This document shows positions 32,720 to 43,289 of a stretch of DNA of 64,000 bases, piece after piece. How positions within the stretch are numbered: the stretch's first letter is position 1; every line of letters begins with the position of its first letter. Source of the DNA: TPA_inf: Saccharomyces (lineage: Eukaryota). The stretch spans positions 608,001-672,000 of the forward strand of contig BK006941.2 in assembly GCA_000146045.2 (NCBI GenBank). Reading direction: 5' to 3'. The position numbers were made by a program, and so were the translations under genes. The notes under the pieces were generated by a model. It was not told the DNA's origin. It did not search any database and saw nothing but the letters and a program-made list of their open reading frames with translations.

Positions 32720-33832
32720 ATGAGCAGTGCCGCAAATGAGGGATGTGTTTATTTGTTCATTGTCGTTTTGCGATTATCTTCGTTTTCATGTGTTAACTCA
32801 TTCATTCATTCATTTACTCGTTCACGCACACGCAGCAGTTATTCCCTCGACGAGCGTTCACTTGTATCATATAGCATAGTTTACGTAGCAATGAATAAAA
32901 GCAGCAAGGCATTTCAGGTACCGAATAAGGTCATCACCAAGGAGGATATTACTCCCTTGTCCAGATCGCACACAAAGAAAGCGGACACTCGCGGGACAGC
33001 AGATGGTAAAAACACCACAGCCAGTGCAGTCGAGGCCACCCCAATCATCATCACCACTGCTCGTTCGATAGATACTGCCGGTTCACTATCTGAGAACGCC
33101 ACCGAGGACGATGGCACCCAAAACGGAGATTTACACGATGATGACGATGATGACGACCTCGAAAGTACGCTCGGCTATAGTTCTGAGCCTGATCCTCTCT
33201 TCTCCCCATGCCACCAGCCTTCCTTCACCAACAGCACATTTAGTTACAGTGCGGACAATGAACTACCCATGGAGGAAAATCACAACAAGAATAATTTCCA
33301 CGATAGCAGCGAGAGCAGTATCTTTCTACCACAGATACAGCAATCATTCTTTTTCGGCGACAATAGCAAGAGTGACGCAAATAATACGGACTTCTGGAAG
33401 GAAGTAAATGGCACTGCAGAAGAGGCCATTTGCCTGCAGGAGACAAGACAAAGAAAATGCTCCCTCGTGGCTCTGCATCCAGGCGACGCCACCACGAGTT
33501 CGAACGACACATTGGGAATAGAGGACTTCATCAAAGATGATATCAACAGTGCTGAAGCCATGGAACCCTCCCCATCTTCATCACCATCTTCCTCCCTTCT
33601 TGATAATTTGGACTACAATATCAAGTTATTGTGCTACAGAGACAATGAGGGCAAGTTCACCTTGAAAAAAAGGAAGTTTTTGAAGAATTCCCTGCGCTCA
33701 TCCTCTGCAATTTCTAAAAAGTGGAAACCCTTGTCTAAAAGAGATAAGCTGTTGAAGAGGGCCATAAGAAGAAAGAGTGGTGTTTGCCAGACGTTATCAG
33801 CTGGTTTTGGTATCGGTGAATTCATGTTGTAA
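32720..33832 (+). CDS. Uncharacterised Ser/Asp-rich protein (YGR079W), 370 aa
   Basis: ORF with low-complexity acidic stretches (DDDDDDD), a Ser/Thr-rich middle and a basic C-terminus (KKRKFLKN...). No recognisable domain. Confidence 0.65.
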   Translation: MSSAANEGCVYLFIVVLRLSSFSCVNSFIHSFTRSRTRSSYSLDERSLVSYSIVYVAMNKSSKAFQVPNKVITKEDITPLSRSHTKKADTRGTADGKNTTASAVEATPIIITTARSIDTAGSLSENATEDDGTQNGDLHDDDDDDDLESTLGYSSEPDPLFSPCHQPSFTNSTFSYSADNELPMEENHNKNNFHDSSESSIFLPQIQQSFFFGDNSKSDANNTDFWKEVNGTAEEAICLQETRQRKCSLVALHPGDATTSSNDTLGIEDFIKDDINSAEAMEPSPSSSPSSSLLDNLDYNIKLLCYRDNEGKFTLKKRKFLKNSLRSSSAISKKWKPLSKRDKLLKRAIRRKSGVCQTLSAGFGIGEFML

Positions 33833-34009
33833 TAACAGTACTATTAACAGTACAATAAATAGATTCTTTTTATACAGTGTTAGGGTAACTTGTTTTTGTA
33901 GGATTTGAAAAATATGTCATTATAAGATCTATATCTTTTACTATTTGGACAAGTTGGCTAATTTGATAGGCAATTGAATAAGAAGGAACTCTGTATCTCA
34001 ACACATCAC

Positions 34010-35008
34010 ATGTCTACTCAATCCGGTATAGTCGCAGAACAAGCCTTGCTGCATTCTCTGAATGAAAATCTTTCAGCAGATGGCATCGTCATCATTATAG
34101 CCAAAATTTCCCCTGATTCTACCTCGGTACATCAAACGCAAGTCGCACGTAGCTTCGAGGAGCTGGTACAGTTGGCATCACAAGAAAGAGAACCGTTGTA
34201 CATCTTCTATAAGCCGGAAGGGCTTGATAAGTACTTCTTTGTGTCATTCATCCCCGATGGTTCTCCGGTAAGATCAAGAATGCTTTATGCCTCGACGAAG
34301 AACACTCTGGCAAGACAGGTAGGTTCAAACTCTTTATCCACCGAACAGCCATTGATCACAGATGCACAGGACTTGGTGGATTTGAAAAATTTTGATAGTG
34401 CCCGTCCTGCTGGCCAGAATAAGCCCTTGACACATGATGAAGAAATGCAAATCGAAATCAATAAGCAACAGGCACTTTTAAGGAAAAACACATCCGTCAA
34501 GTTGGTTTCTCAGGACAGTGCTTCGCCTTTATCGTTAACTTTCAGGGTCAATTCTGAGAAACCTATCAATGAAATACTGGATAGCGAGGGTAAAAATTTA
34601 ATCATATTTCAAATCGATCCCTCGAACGAAACCATCCAGATCGTGCAATCTGATACATGTCCCTCCGTAGATGAACTGTACATTGACTTGCCCGGGCCAA
34701 GTTACACGATTTTCAGGCAGGGTGATTCAAGTTTCTTTATCTACTCTTGTCCCTCTGGCAGCAAAGTCAAAGATAGAATGATATATGCTTCTAACAAGAA
34801 TGGATTTATCAACTACTTGAAAAATGATCAAAAAATCGCATTTAGTAAAGTGGTAGAAATTGGCGATTTTGTGGAACTAGACAAGTCCTTACTTATGGCA
34901 ACAAATAAAGAAGATAGCCTCGATCATGGATCCAATCCAGATCTCCCAAACAAAAGCAATTTGAAATTCAACAAACCAAAGGGCCCATTGAGGAAAAGAA
35001 GAACATAG
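34010..35008 (+). CDS. TWF1: Twinfilin, an actin-monomer-sequestering protein with two ADF-H domains, 332 aa
   Basis: Begins MSTQSGIVAEQALLHS.... The ORF track adds 12 upstream codons from an earlier in-frame ATG at 33974. Two ADF-homology repeats are visible. Confidence 0.9.
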   Translation: MSTQSGIVAEQALLHSLNENLSADGIVIIIAKISPDSTSVHQTQVARSFEELVQLASQEREPLYIFYKPEGLDKYFFVSFIPDGSPVRSRMLYASTKNTLARQVGSNSLSTEQPLITDAQDLVDLKNFDSARPAGQNKPLTHDEEMQIEINKQQALLRKNTSVKLVSQDSASPLSLTFRVNSEKPINEILDSEGKNLIIFQIDPSNETIQIVQSDTCPSVDELYIDLPGPSYTIFRQGDSSFFIYSCPSGSKVKDRMIYASNKNGFINYLKNDQKIAFSKVVEIGDFVELDKSLLMATNKEDSLDHGSNPDLPNKSNLKFNKPKGPLRKRRT

Positions 35009-35147
35009 AGATAGAAATGGCATCTATATATGTGTGACCAACAATACATACGTTTTTATTCTTCTAAATATGAAACTGAATGTTTTTCTAGGTTTGCTGG
35101 AATATATATTACACTGGCAAAAATTGTTATGCTATGCTATTTAATGT

Positions 35148-35780
35148 TCATTGTTTTTGCAGCTTGATAACCTCTCTTAAGGCGCCAAATGGATTTTTTT
35201 GGAAATCTTGATTGGTTAGGACCTGATTGAATCTTGCAGTTTCGTTAGCAGCCAATGCCTTTGCACCCTTTTGGTTCCTGATATTTGGCTGATTCTTTTT
35301 TATCCTAACAGAACCAGGTTCTATCTTTTTCAAGTTCATTTCCTTTGTGTCCACAAACCTTATTTTAGAATCCATGTCGATGTCATCATCGTTATTCATG
35401 TCTTTGCTACTATTTTCAATAATGCCCCGTAAATCCTTTTCTTGCTCCAAAGAAGTGAGCAGATCTTGCATTCTTGGTTTTAGTTCTTCTCTTAGCTTTC
35501 TTTTCCTACGTCTAATGGAAGATTTAGAAATACCATCAAAATTGGCAGCTATGCCATCGTTAAGTGTGGATTTCCCCTTCAAGTTAGATAAGAAAGTATT
35601 CTGTCTGTTAAGTAGCTTTTCCTTTTTAGTTTCTTTAGGTTGGTGCAGAAAGGCCCTTGGATCAGATTCTATGTCATAACTCTCGTCCAGAATGCCATTG
35701 TTCGCTACGTCTGGTCCAAAATTTTGACTATTTCTTGCACTTACTTTGCTTCTAAGCGTGTTTCTCTTCTTAGCAACCAT
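35148..35780 (-). CDS. SLX9: Pre-ribosomal (90S/SSU processome-associated) protein Slx9, 210 aa
   Basis: Basic/acidic low-complexity nucleolar-type protein. Position and length match YGR081C. Confidence 0.8.
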   Translation of the reverse strand: MVAKKRNTLRSKVSARNSQNFGPDVANNGILDESYDIESDPRAFLHQPKETKKEKLLNRQNTFLSNLKGKSTLNDGIAANFDGISKSSIRRRKRKLREELKPRMQDLLTSLEQEKDLRGIIENSSKDMNNDDDIDMDSKIRFVDTKEMNLKKIEPGSVRIKKNQPNIRNQKGAKALAANETARFNQVLTNQDFQKNPFGALREVIKLQKQ

Positions 35781-36043
35781 TATCGCTTATCTATGCTTCT
35801 ATATTCAATGGATTTCCTGTCTCTTATCTCTGCTCATCGAGTCTGTAATGCTTGAGTATGTAAAACATGAAAAATTTGCAGTGCGTCACCCCGTTCAGTT
35901 TCTCGCGCCGAATAACATTTTTTATACAGGAATATTTCACCTTGATAATGGCCGACATTTACGTTATTTACCTATTGTCCCTTCGCCTAGACCTACAAGA
36001 AACATTGCCTCAAGTGCCACCTTCATAAAGTTTATTTTCTATT

Positions 36044-36595
36044 ATGTCCCAGTCGAACCCTATCTTACGTGGCCTCGCTATTACAACAGCCATAGCAGCT
36101 CTATCAGCCACCGGTTATGCTATCTACTTTGACTATCAAAGAAGAAATAGCCCGCAATTCAGGAAAGTGTTGAGACAAAGGGCCAAAGAGCAGGCCAAGA
36201 TGGAAGAACAAGCTAAAACTCATGCTAAGGAAGTGAAGCTGCAAAAGGTTACCGAATTCTTATCCATGGAATTAGCCAAGGACCCCATCCCTAGTGATCC
36301 CTCCGAAAGAGAAGCTACATTTACCACCAACGTAGAAAATGGTGAAAGATTATCCATGCAACAAGGTAAGGAACTGGAAGCAGCCTCTAAGTTTTATAAA
36401 GCATTGACTGTATACCCTCAGCCAGCCGATTTATTGGGAATTTACCAAAGATCCATTCCTGAAGCCATTTACGAATATATTATATTAATGATTGCCATCT
36501 TGCCTCCTGCTAATGTGGCTTCTTTCGTTAAAGGAGTTGTTGGAAGCAAGGCCGAATCTGATGCGGTTGCTGAAGCTAACGATATCGATGACTGA
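36044..36595 (+). CDS. TOM20: Mitochondrial outer-membrane import receptor Tom20, 183 aa
   Basis: N-terminal TM anchor (ILRGLAITTAIAALSATGYAIYF), then a charged linker and a TPR-like receptor domain. Confidence 0.95.
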   Translation: MSQSNPILRGLAITTAIAALSATGYAIYFDYQRRNSPQFRKVLRQRAKEQAKMEEQAKTHAKEVKLQKVTEFLSMELAKDPIPSDPSEREATFTTNVENGERLSMQQGKELEAASKFYKALTVYPQPADLLGIYQRSIPEAIYEYIILMIAILPPANVASFVKGVVGSKAESDAVAEANDIDD

Positions 36596-36772
36596 GAGTA
36601 ACATTTTGCTTGCTTTTTTTCTCCGTTTTTGTTTCTTTTACTCTGTATATAGCCCTATATAATTACATCATTTCTCTAGCCTAAATCTTGTTATATATAC
36701 CAAGCTTTTTGGAAAGCTAAGGATAAAAACAATTCTTTTCATTAGATGTATTTTTTCATCGTATTAGGTGTA

Positions 36773-36805
<33 letters not shown>

Positions 36806-36818
36806 TAATATATATGTA
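36773..36818 (+). repeat. (TA)n dinucleotide microsatellite
   Basis: About 46 bp of near-perfect TA repeats between TOM20 and GCD2 (both 3' ends). A second, shorter (AT)n lies at about 3735-3756 downstream of ERG25. Confidence 0.85.
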
Positions 36819-36859
36819 GTATACACACGTGGACGACCATTAACGAATGTTGTATATGC

Positions 36860-38815
36860 TTATGCGGAACCTTTGTACTCTCTTAAAATAACAGGGACAG
36901 ATGAAGGTGGCAAAGCGCCGAATTCAGTGATCACTTTTTTAATATATTCTGGTGGTGTTAAATCGTATAAGATGTTGACAATATTTAACGAAGGTAACTC
37001 TTGCCAACCATCCAAAATATTTTTGCTGTTGCTGTCTTCTTCATTACTGGCGTCCTTGCTTTCTCCTTCAGATCCTTTCTTACCGCCAATTTTATTACCC
37101 TTTGGCTTATTCTCCATTGCTAGCTTTTTCTTTTCAAATTTTCTTTCTTTGATAAATTGGTTTAATAACGCACCTTTATTACCGCGTCTCTCGACTGGAT
37201 TTTCGTAATCTATATTAACCAGGTCATTTGGATCTGCCAGTTCATTAAATGTGACACTATCCAATTGTACTCTTTGTGAAAACTTCAAACTTTCGCAGCA
37301 GACTAATACAGGTATATTTCTTCTCTTAGCGCTCATAGCCAACATTGCTGTCCCAGCTCTTGAATATAGGAACCCATTAGATAGGATAGAATGGGCTCCT
37401 AAAAACACATAGTCCACATCCATATTGAATATCGTATCCAAACTTGTAATAAGTGCATACATAACATTGACACCAGCATTTCTTAAAGTTTCTGCCATTT
37501 TCCGCCCTTCAAATAGTGGTCTCGAATCGACGACAATCACTTTGATGTTTTTCTTTAAACTGATTGCATTATGCAGTAACAGTTCAGTTAGAACCTTTGA
37601 TGAACCATATGTCACAATAGTAGTAGATTCTTCAATTTGTGTAGAGGCATTGTCTATAATTAGTTGATCAGCCAGTTCGATTTTTTCTTTAGCAAACTGC
37701 CCAATTTTCTCACAAAGGTCTTTTTTGGCGGCTTTGTCGGGGGTAGATGGGTCAATTAATGAAATTTCTTGCTTTAACCATCTGATAGCATTACCCATAG
37801 TAACACTTAAAGGTCTAGCTTTTTTCAAAAGATCAATCTGGTGTGACAAATAACTTGTTAAGTTACGTGACAAGGTAGTTCCCTTAGGTGTTTGATAGTC
37901 TTTGATAACAATTTGGAAAACCTCTAGCATGGCTATGCAACGTGGGATGGATCCCACGATTTTATAGTGTGCTAGATGAGAAGTTAATAATAATATCGAC
38001 GGATGGATAAGGTCTTTATTCAATAAAAGTTCCTTAACAGACGATATCAAGCTGGAGTTGTCAAATGATTGTTCTAACACGGTAGGGATCACTGACGATA
38101 TACCGGGAATGACATTAAACTCACCAGCCTCTAACGAGATAGATGCCAATGTCTTGGCAACATCAGAAGCGTTTGATGAAGCAATCTCTTGTTGTATAGC
38201 TGTTGGAGTATTTGTTGACGCAGAACTGGTACCGGCAGAGAGTGCTGCAGAAGAGGCAGGAAGAGTCGTTGTTGTTGAAGCTGGAGCTGATGCAGATACA
38301 GTAGACGACGCGTTTGGACCCACGGGCATCAAGGAAGAAGCCGTTAATACGTTAGATCCTGATAATGCACTAGCCACCACGGGGACCATCAACCCAGCAG
38401 CGGTGATTCGCGAAGTTTTTGGAGATGATACTGCACTGGTTAAAGCTAAAATTGTCGCTCTTCTTTCTTCAGTAGTTTCCAGATGACCAAAAAGTGTGCT
38501 CTTTTTCACGTTTCGTTCATTTTGTTTTTTTTTATTGGCATTTTTTTGCTTTTGCTCTCTTTTCTGTTGTTGCTCACGTTGTAGTTGTTTCTTCTCTTTT
38601 TTCATTTGTGCTTGTTGTTGCTGTTGTTCAATGGATATACCATTAGCCTGCTTCATTGCAGCTCTCTTTGCAGCTTTTTCTTGTTTCTTTAGTTCTTTTA
38701 GCTCCTTGTTTGTTAATTTCTTTTCTCCATTAGCTGCAGCTGTAGTTGTTGGAGTAGCTTGTTTAGCTTTACTTGGCGGTGTAGCCGACCTAGATTTGGC
38801 TTCCGATTCGCTCAT
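36860..38815 (-). CDS. GCD2: eIF2B delta subunit, 651 aa
   Basis: Lys/Gln-rich N-terminus, an Ala/Ser/Thr-rich low-complexity linker, and a C-terminal IF-2B family domain (...GAHSILSNGFLYSRAGTAMLAM...). Confidence 0.9.
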   Translation of the reverse strand: MSESEAKSRSATPPSKAKQATPTTTAAANGEKKLTNKELKELKKQEKAAKRAAMKQANGISIEQQQQQAQMKKEKKQLQREQQQKREQKQKNANKKKQNERNVKKSTLFGHLETTEERRATILALTSAVSSPKTSRITAAGLMVPVVASALSGSNVLTASSLMPVGPNASSTVSASAPASTTTTLPASSAALSAGTSSASTNTPTAIQQEIASSNASDVAKTLASISLEAGEFNVIPGISSVIPTVLEQSFDNSSLISSVKELLLNKDLIHPSILLLTSHLAHYKIVGSIPRCIAMLEVFQIVIKDYQTPKGTTLSRNLTSYLSHQIDLLKKARPLSVTMGNAIRWLKQEISLIDPSTPDKAAKKDLCEKIGQFAKEKIELADQLIIDNASTQIEESTTIVTYGSSKVLTELLLHNAISLKKNIKVIVVDSRPLFEGRKMAETLRNAGVNVMYALITSLDTIFNMDVDYVFLGAHSILSNGFLYSRAGTAMLAMSAKRRNIPVLVCCESLKFSQRVQLDSVTFNELADPNDLVNIDYENPVERRGNKGALLNQFIKERKFEKKKLAMENKPKGNKIGGKKGSEGESKDASNEEDSNSKNILDGWQELPSLNIVNILYDLTPPEYIKKVITEFGALPPSSVPVILREYKGSA

Positions 38816-39122
38816 AGCAATTTGATTATCGACGCTTCTTTGACAACGTATTTCTTACGTGGTGAAAATAAGATCTTATGCACTTACGCTGATTATCTAT
38901 AGCTGGTGATGCCTTGTTGTAGAATACTCATTTTCACTAAACTCGAAAAAAAAAAATTGAAAAATTGGAAAAAAGCGAGAGGTACTGAAAATTGTGAAGA
39001 GATTCCCGGGTAAATATAAACATAATTAATACAATAATAGCAATATATGTGACGAACTGTGTTCTACTTTTTAGTATTTACAGGTATGTTTATTTATATA
39101 TTTCCTATGGGGTGTTTTGGTA

Positions 39123-40160
<1,038 letters not shown>

Positions 40161-40382
40161 TTAGCTTTTTTTCAGCACATTTTCTATTACCCTGCATGGT
40201 GAGTATCAAATAAGTGCCAATAAATTGGGTATGAATACAACTAAATACATTGACAAAGTGTTCACAACGCATCGAAGCGCTAGACTTGCAAATGTGATGA
40301 GGATATATGATATTTTTGGGATATTTTATTTGTTCTTATATATTAAGTAGTTGATGTTGTCACTGACTATACCGAGACCAAA

Positions 40383-40907
40383 TTATTTATCGAGCACATC
40401 AGCGTCGTACTTTTGCTTGAACCAAGAGACGGTGTCTTCCTTAGTTGTCTTGTGGGAGTTACCAACAGTACCCTTACATCTCTTTCTTCTAGTGACTCTA
40501 GCACCTGGTCTGTTCATGACGACATAGAAATCCATACCGAAAATACCGATGGATGGGTCATACTTGATACCCAAGTCAATGTGTTCGTCAATACCGAAAC
40601 CGAAGTTACCGGTAGCAGAGAAGTTTCTGTCTCTCAATTGGTATTCCTTGACCTTCAAACCTCTTTCCAAAATTTCTTCAGCCTTTGGACCTCTGACGGT
40701 AACGTGAACAGCAATTTTTTCGTTTCTTCTGATACCGAAAGTTCTGACAGTGTATCTGGCCTTGGATTGAACTGGAGTTTGACCAGATAATTGTTCTAAA
40801 ACCTTGGAGGCTCTGGTTAATCTGTCACCAGATTCACCAACGGAGATGTTCAAGACCAATTTCTCGATCTTCAAATCACGCATAGGGTTTTGGGCTTTAG
40901 TAGACAT
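40383..40907 (-). CDS. RPL11B: Ribosomal protein L11 (uL5), B copy, 174 aa
   Basis: [30 protein letters not shown]... is the L11 N-terminus. The ORF track starts 12 codons upstream at an in-frame ATG at 40941-40943, which is not the known start. No intron. Confidence 0.92.
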
Positions 40908-41133
40908 CTTGGACGCGTATTTTTGTATATGTTGGGCTTTCAAGGGTAACTGATGCTAAACGTTATAATACACGAAATGAATGCCTCTCTTAACAGTATA
41001 CTTCTTTAATGATGAGTTATGTCCAAGTTTCAATTTGGTATCCTAGCTTCGCTATTCGCAGAGCGGGTTCCAAAAGATCTTCGGATAAAAATAAAAAGAA
41101 GGCGGTGAAAACAAAAAGAATATTAAAAAAAGT

Positions 41134-41163
41134 AATGTATGGGTTCTCGTTGTACGGATGTTT
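41134..41163 (-). promoter_or_regulatory. Tandem Rap1-binding sites in the RPL11B promoter
   Basis: Read on the minus strand, the two sites are AACCCATACATT (41134-41145) and AAACATCCGTACA (41151-41163). Both fit the ACAYCCRTACAYY Rap1 consensus with at most one mismatch. They sit about 230-260 bp upstream of the RPL11B ATG. Confidence 0.7.
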
Positions 41164-41597
41164 AAAATGTCCTGAAAAATACCAATTAGACGGTTCTGTG
41201 CTTGTTATATATAGATGTCTATACGACTCAACATATGTATGTTGCTGCATTTTAGAAAAAAATTAGGCATTAAACATTAGGCTACACAGGAAATAATGTT
41301 TCCTATCAAAAGAGTTCTAACTTGAATTGTTCCTTCACAATTAAAAAAAATAAAAGAGTACATATTTAGGAGGGGGAAGAGATATTGATAATAGACTAAA
41401 GTAAGGAGTGAGGAGAGGGCAAAATACAATAATAGATGAAAAAAAAAATAGGAAAATAAAACAATTTTTTCAGAGTGAGGGAACAGAAATGATTATCTGT
41501 CCACGCATTAATTAAAAGAGATTAATTAGTATGGTAACTTGTTCTTTTCTGCTGGTTTTTTTTTTTTTGTTTCTAATAGATTGTTGATTTATTTTGA

Positions 41598-42617
41598 TTA
41601 AGCTGTTGTTTGTTGGGGAAGAGACTCACTTTGCTGGTGTCCGACTTGTTCATGTTCTTCAACAGCACCTTCTTCTTCTTGTTCAGGTTCTTCAATTTGT
41701 CCATCTTCTTGTTCGTCTTCGGACCACCTGCCTTGACCGTCTTCCTCTTCCTCTTCTTCGCCTTCTTCAGGTTCGAAGTCTTCGTAATCCTGCTTGAAAC
41801 TTAAAGTAGGCTTGACTTGGGCAGAGTCTAGTGTCCATTCATTCAGTGCGCTTTCAGCATCAATAATGATTTGTTTAGAGGCTTCATACCCATCGTAAGC
41901 AGGCCTGGTTTCACCTGGAGTGACAGGAGAGTCGTCCAATAGTTCCAAGAGAGCCTTACCGTAACCAGCGATTAAAGCAATTTTCTCTGAATGTTCGATG
42001 ATGGAGTCAAATTGGTAGTTGAAAGCAGCTCTCAACTTTGACCTTGTGATATTAGATAATTGAGCTTCAGCGACCAAAGATTCAGCCTCAGCACGCACCA
42101 ATTCTTGTTCCAAGACCTCAATCTTAGGTGATTGAGGATCTTTGTATTTCAAGTAGGCGATTTTGTCGGTGATCTTGTCCTTACGGTCTCTAGATGGTTG
42201 AACAGAACCTTCGATATCTCTGATGGACTTTAGAGTCAATCTGTATTGGTCATAACGATCGATAAATTGGTCGTCTAATTCACTAACTTCATAGATCAAG
42301 ACACCTAATTTATCAGTGATGTCGGAAACATCGTCATCGTTTTCCAACCCCCAAATAGACAATTGCTTAGCAGCGTCACGTCTTTCGTTGGCTGTCAATT
42401 CCATGGACCTCAAAACATTCTTTTCAATCTTAACCAATTGAGACAACTTTCTGGATAATTCTGGGCCAAAAGCTCCAGCAGCACTTCTCCTAAAGCTGTA
42501 AGCTAGACCACCCTTCCCAAAGAATCTACCTTTGGTTGTAGATGGTGGTGGCGGTGGGTTCTGTAATTGAGAGGCGGTAGGTGCCCTGGAATTTCTTAAA
42601 GAGTAAGTTCTGTGCAT
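41598..42617 (-). CDS. PIL1: Eisosome core BAR-domain protein Pil1, 339 aa
   Basis: Recognised Pil1/Lsp1 BAR-domain sequence with a highly acidic Glu-rich C-terminal tail. Confidence 0.92.
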   Translation of the reverse strand: MHRTYSLRNSRAPTASQLQNPPPPPSTTKGRFFGKGGLAYSFRRSAAGAFGPELSRKLSQLVKIEKNVLRSMELTANERRDAAKQLSIWGLENDDDVSDITDKLGVLIYEVSELDDQFIDRYDQYRLTLKSIRDIEGSVQPSRDRKDKITDKIAYLKYKDPQSPKIEVLEQELVRAEAESLVAEAQLSNITRSKLRAAFNYQFDSIIEHSEKIALIAGYGKALLELLDDSPVTPGETRPAYDGYEASKQIIIDAESALNEWTLDSAQVKPTLSFKQDYEDFEPEEGEEEEEEDGQGRWSEDEQEDGQIEEPEQEEEGAVEEHEQVGHQQSESLPQQTTA

Positions 42618-43289
42618 ACTATATACTTGATGCTGATATATTCTTCACTTTGCAATACTGCTAACAATGGAAAAGTATAGGTAAATAAATGTGCAGATGC
42701 AGATGTGAGACAAATTTTCTTTCTTGGGTTGGGATAATCAACGCATTGTACCCAAACGACGGGAAACAAGGAAGGATGCAGAATGAGCACTTGTTATTTA
42801 TAAAAAGACACGGGAGGGGGAATCCCGTCTTTCGTCCGTCGGAGCCAAAGAGATGAGCCAAAGCAGAAAAACAGGGGACGCCGCCCTTCTTCCGTCCCGT
42901 GCGTGAGGGGGGCGCGGCCATTCGGTTTTTGCAATATGACCTGTGGGCCAAAAATCGAAAAAAAAAAAAATAAGAGGCGGCTGCGGAATTTTATAAGACA
43001 AGCGCAGGGCCAAAGAAAAAATAATAATTGACGTGGCTGAACAACAGTCTCTCCCCACCCCTTTCCAAAAAGGGGAATGAAATACGAGTTCTTTTTCCCA
43101 ATTGGTAAATATTCAACAAGAGACGCGCAGTACGTAACATGCGAATTGCGTAATTCACGGCGATAACGTAGTATTTAGATTTAGTATAATTTGAACCGAT
43201 GTATTTATTTGTCTGATTGATTTATGTATTCAAACTGTGTAAGTTTATTTATTTGCAACAATAATTCGTTTGAGTACACTACTAATGGC

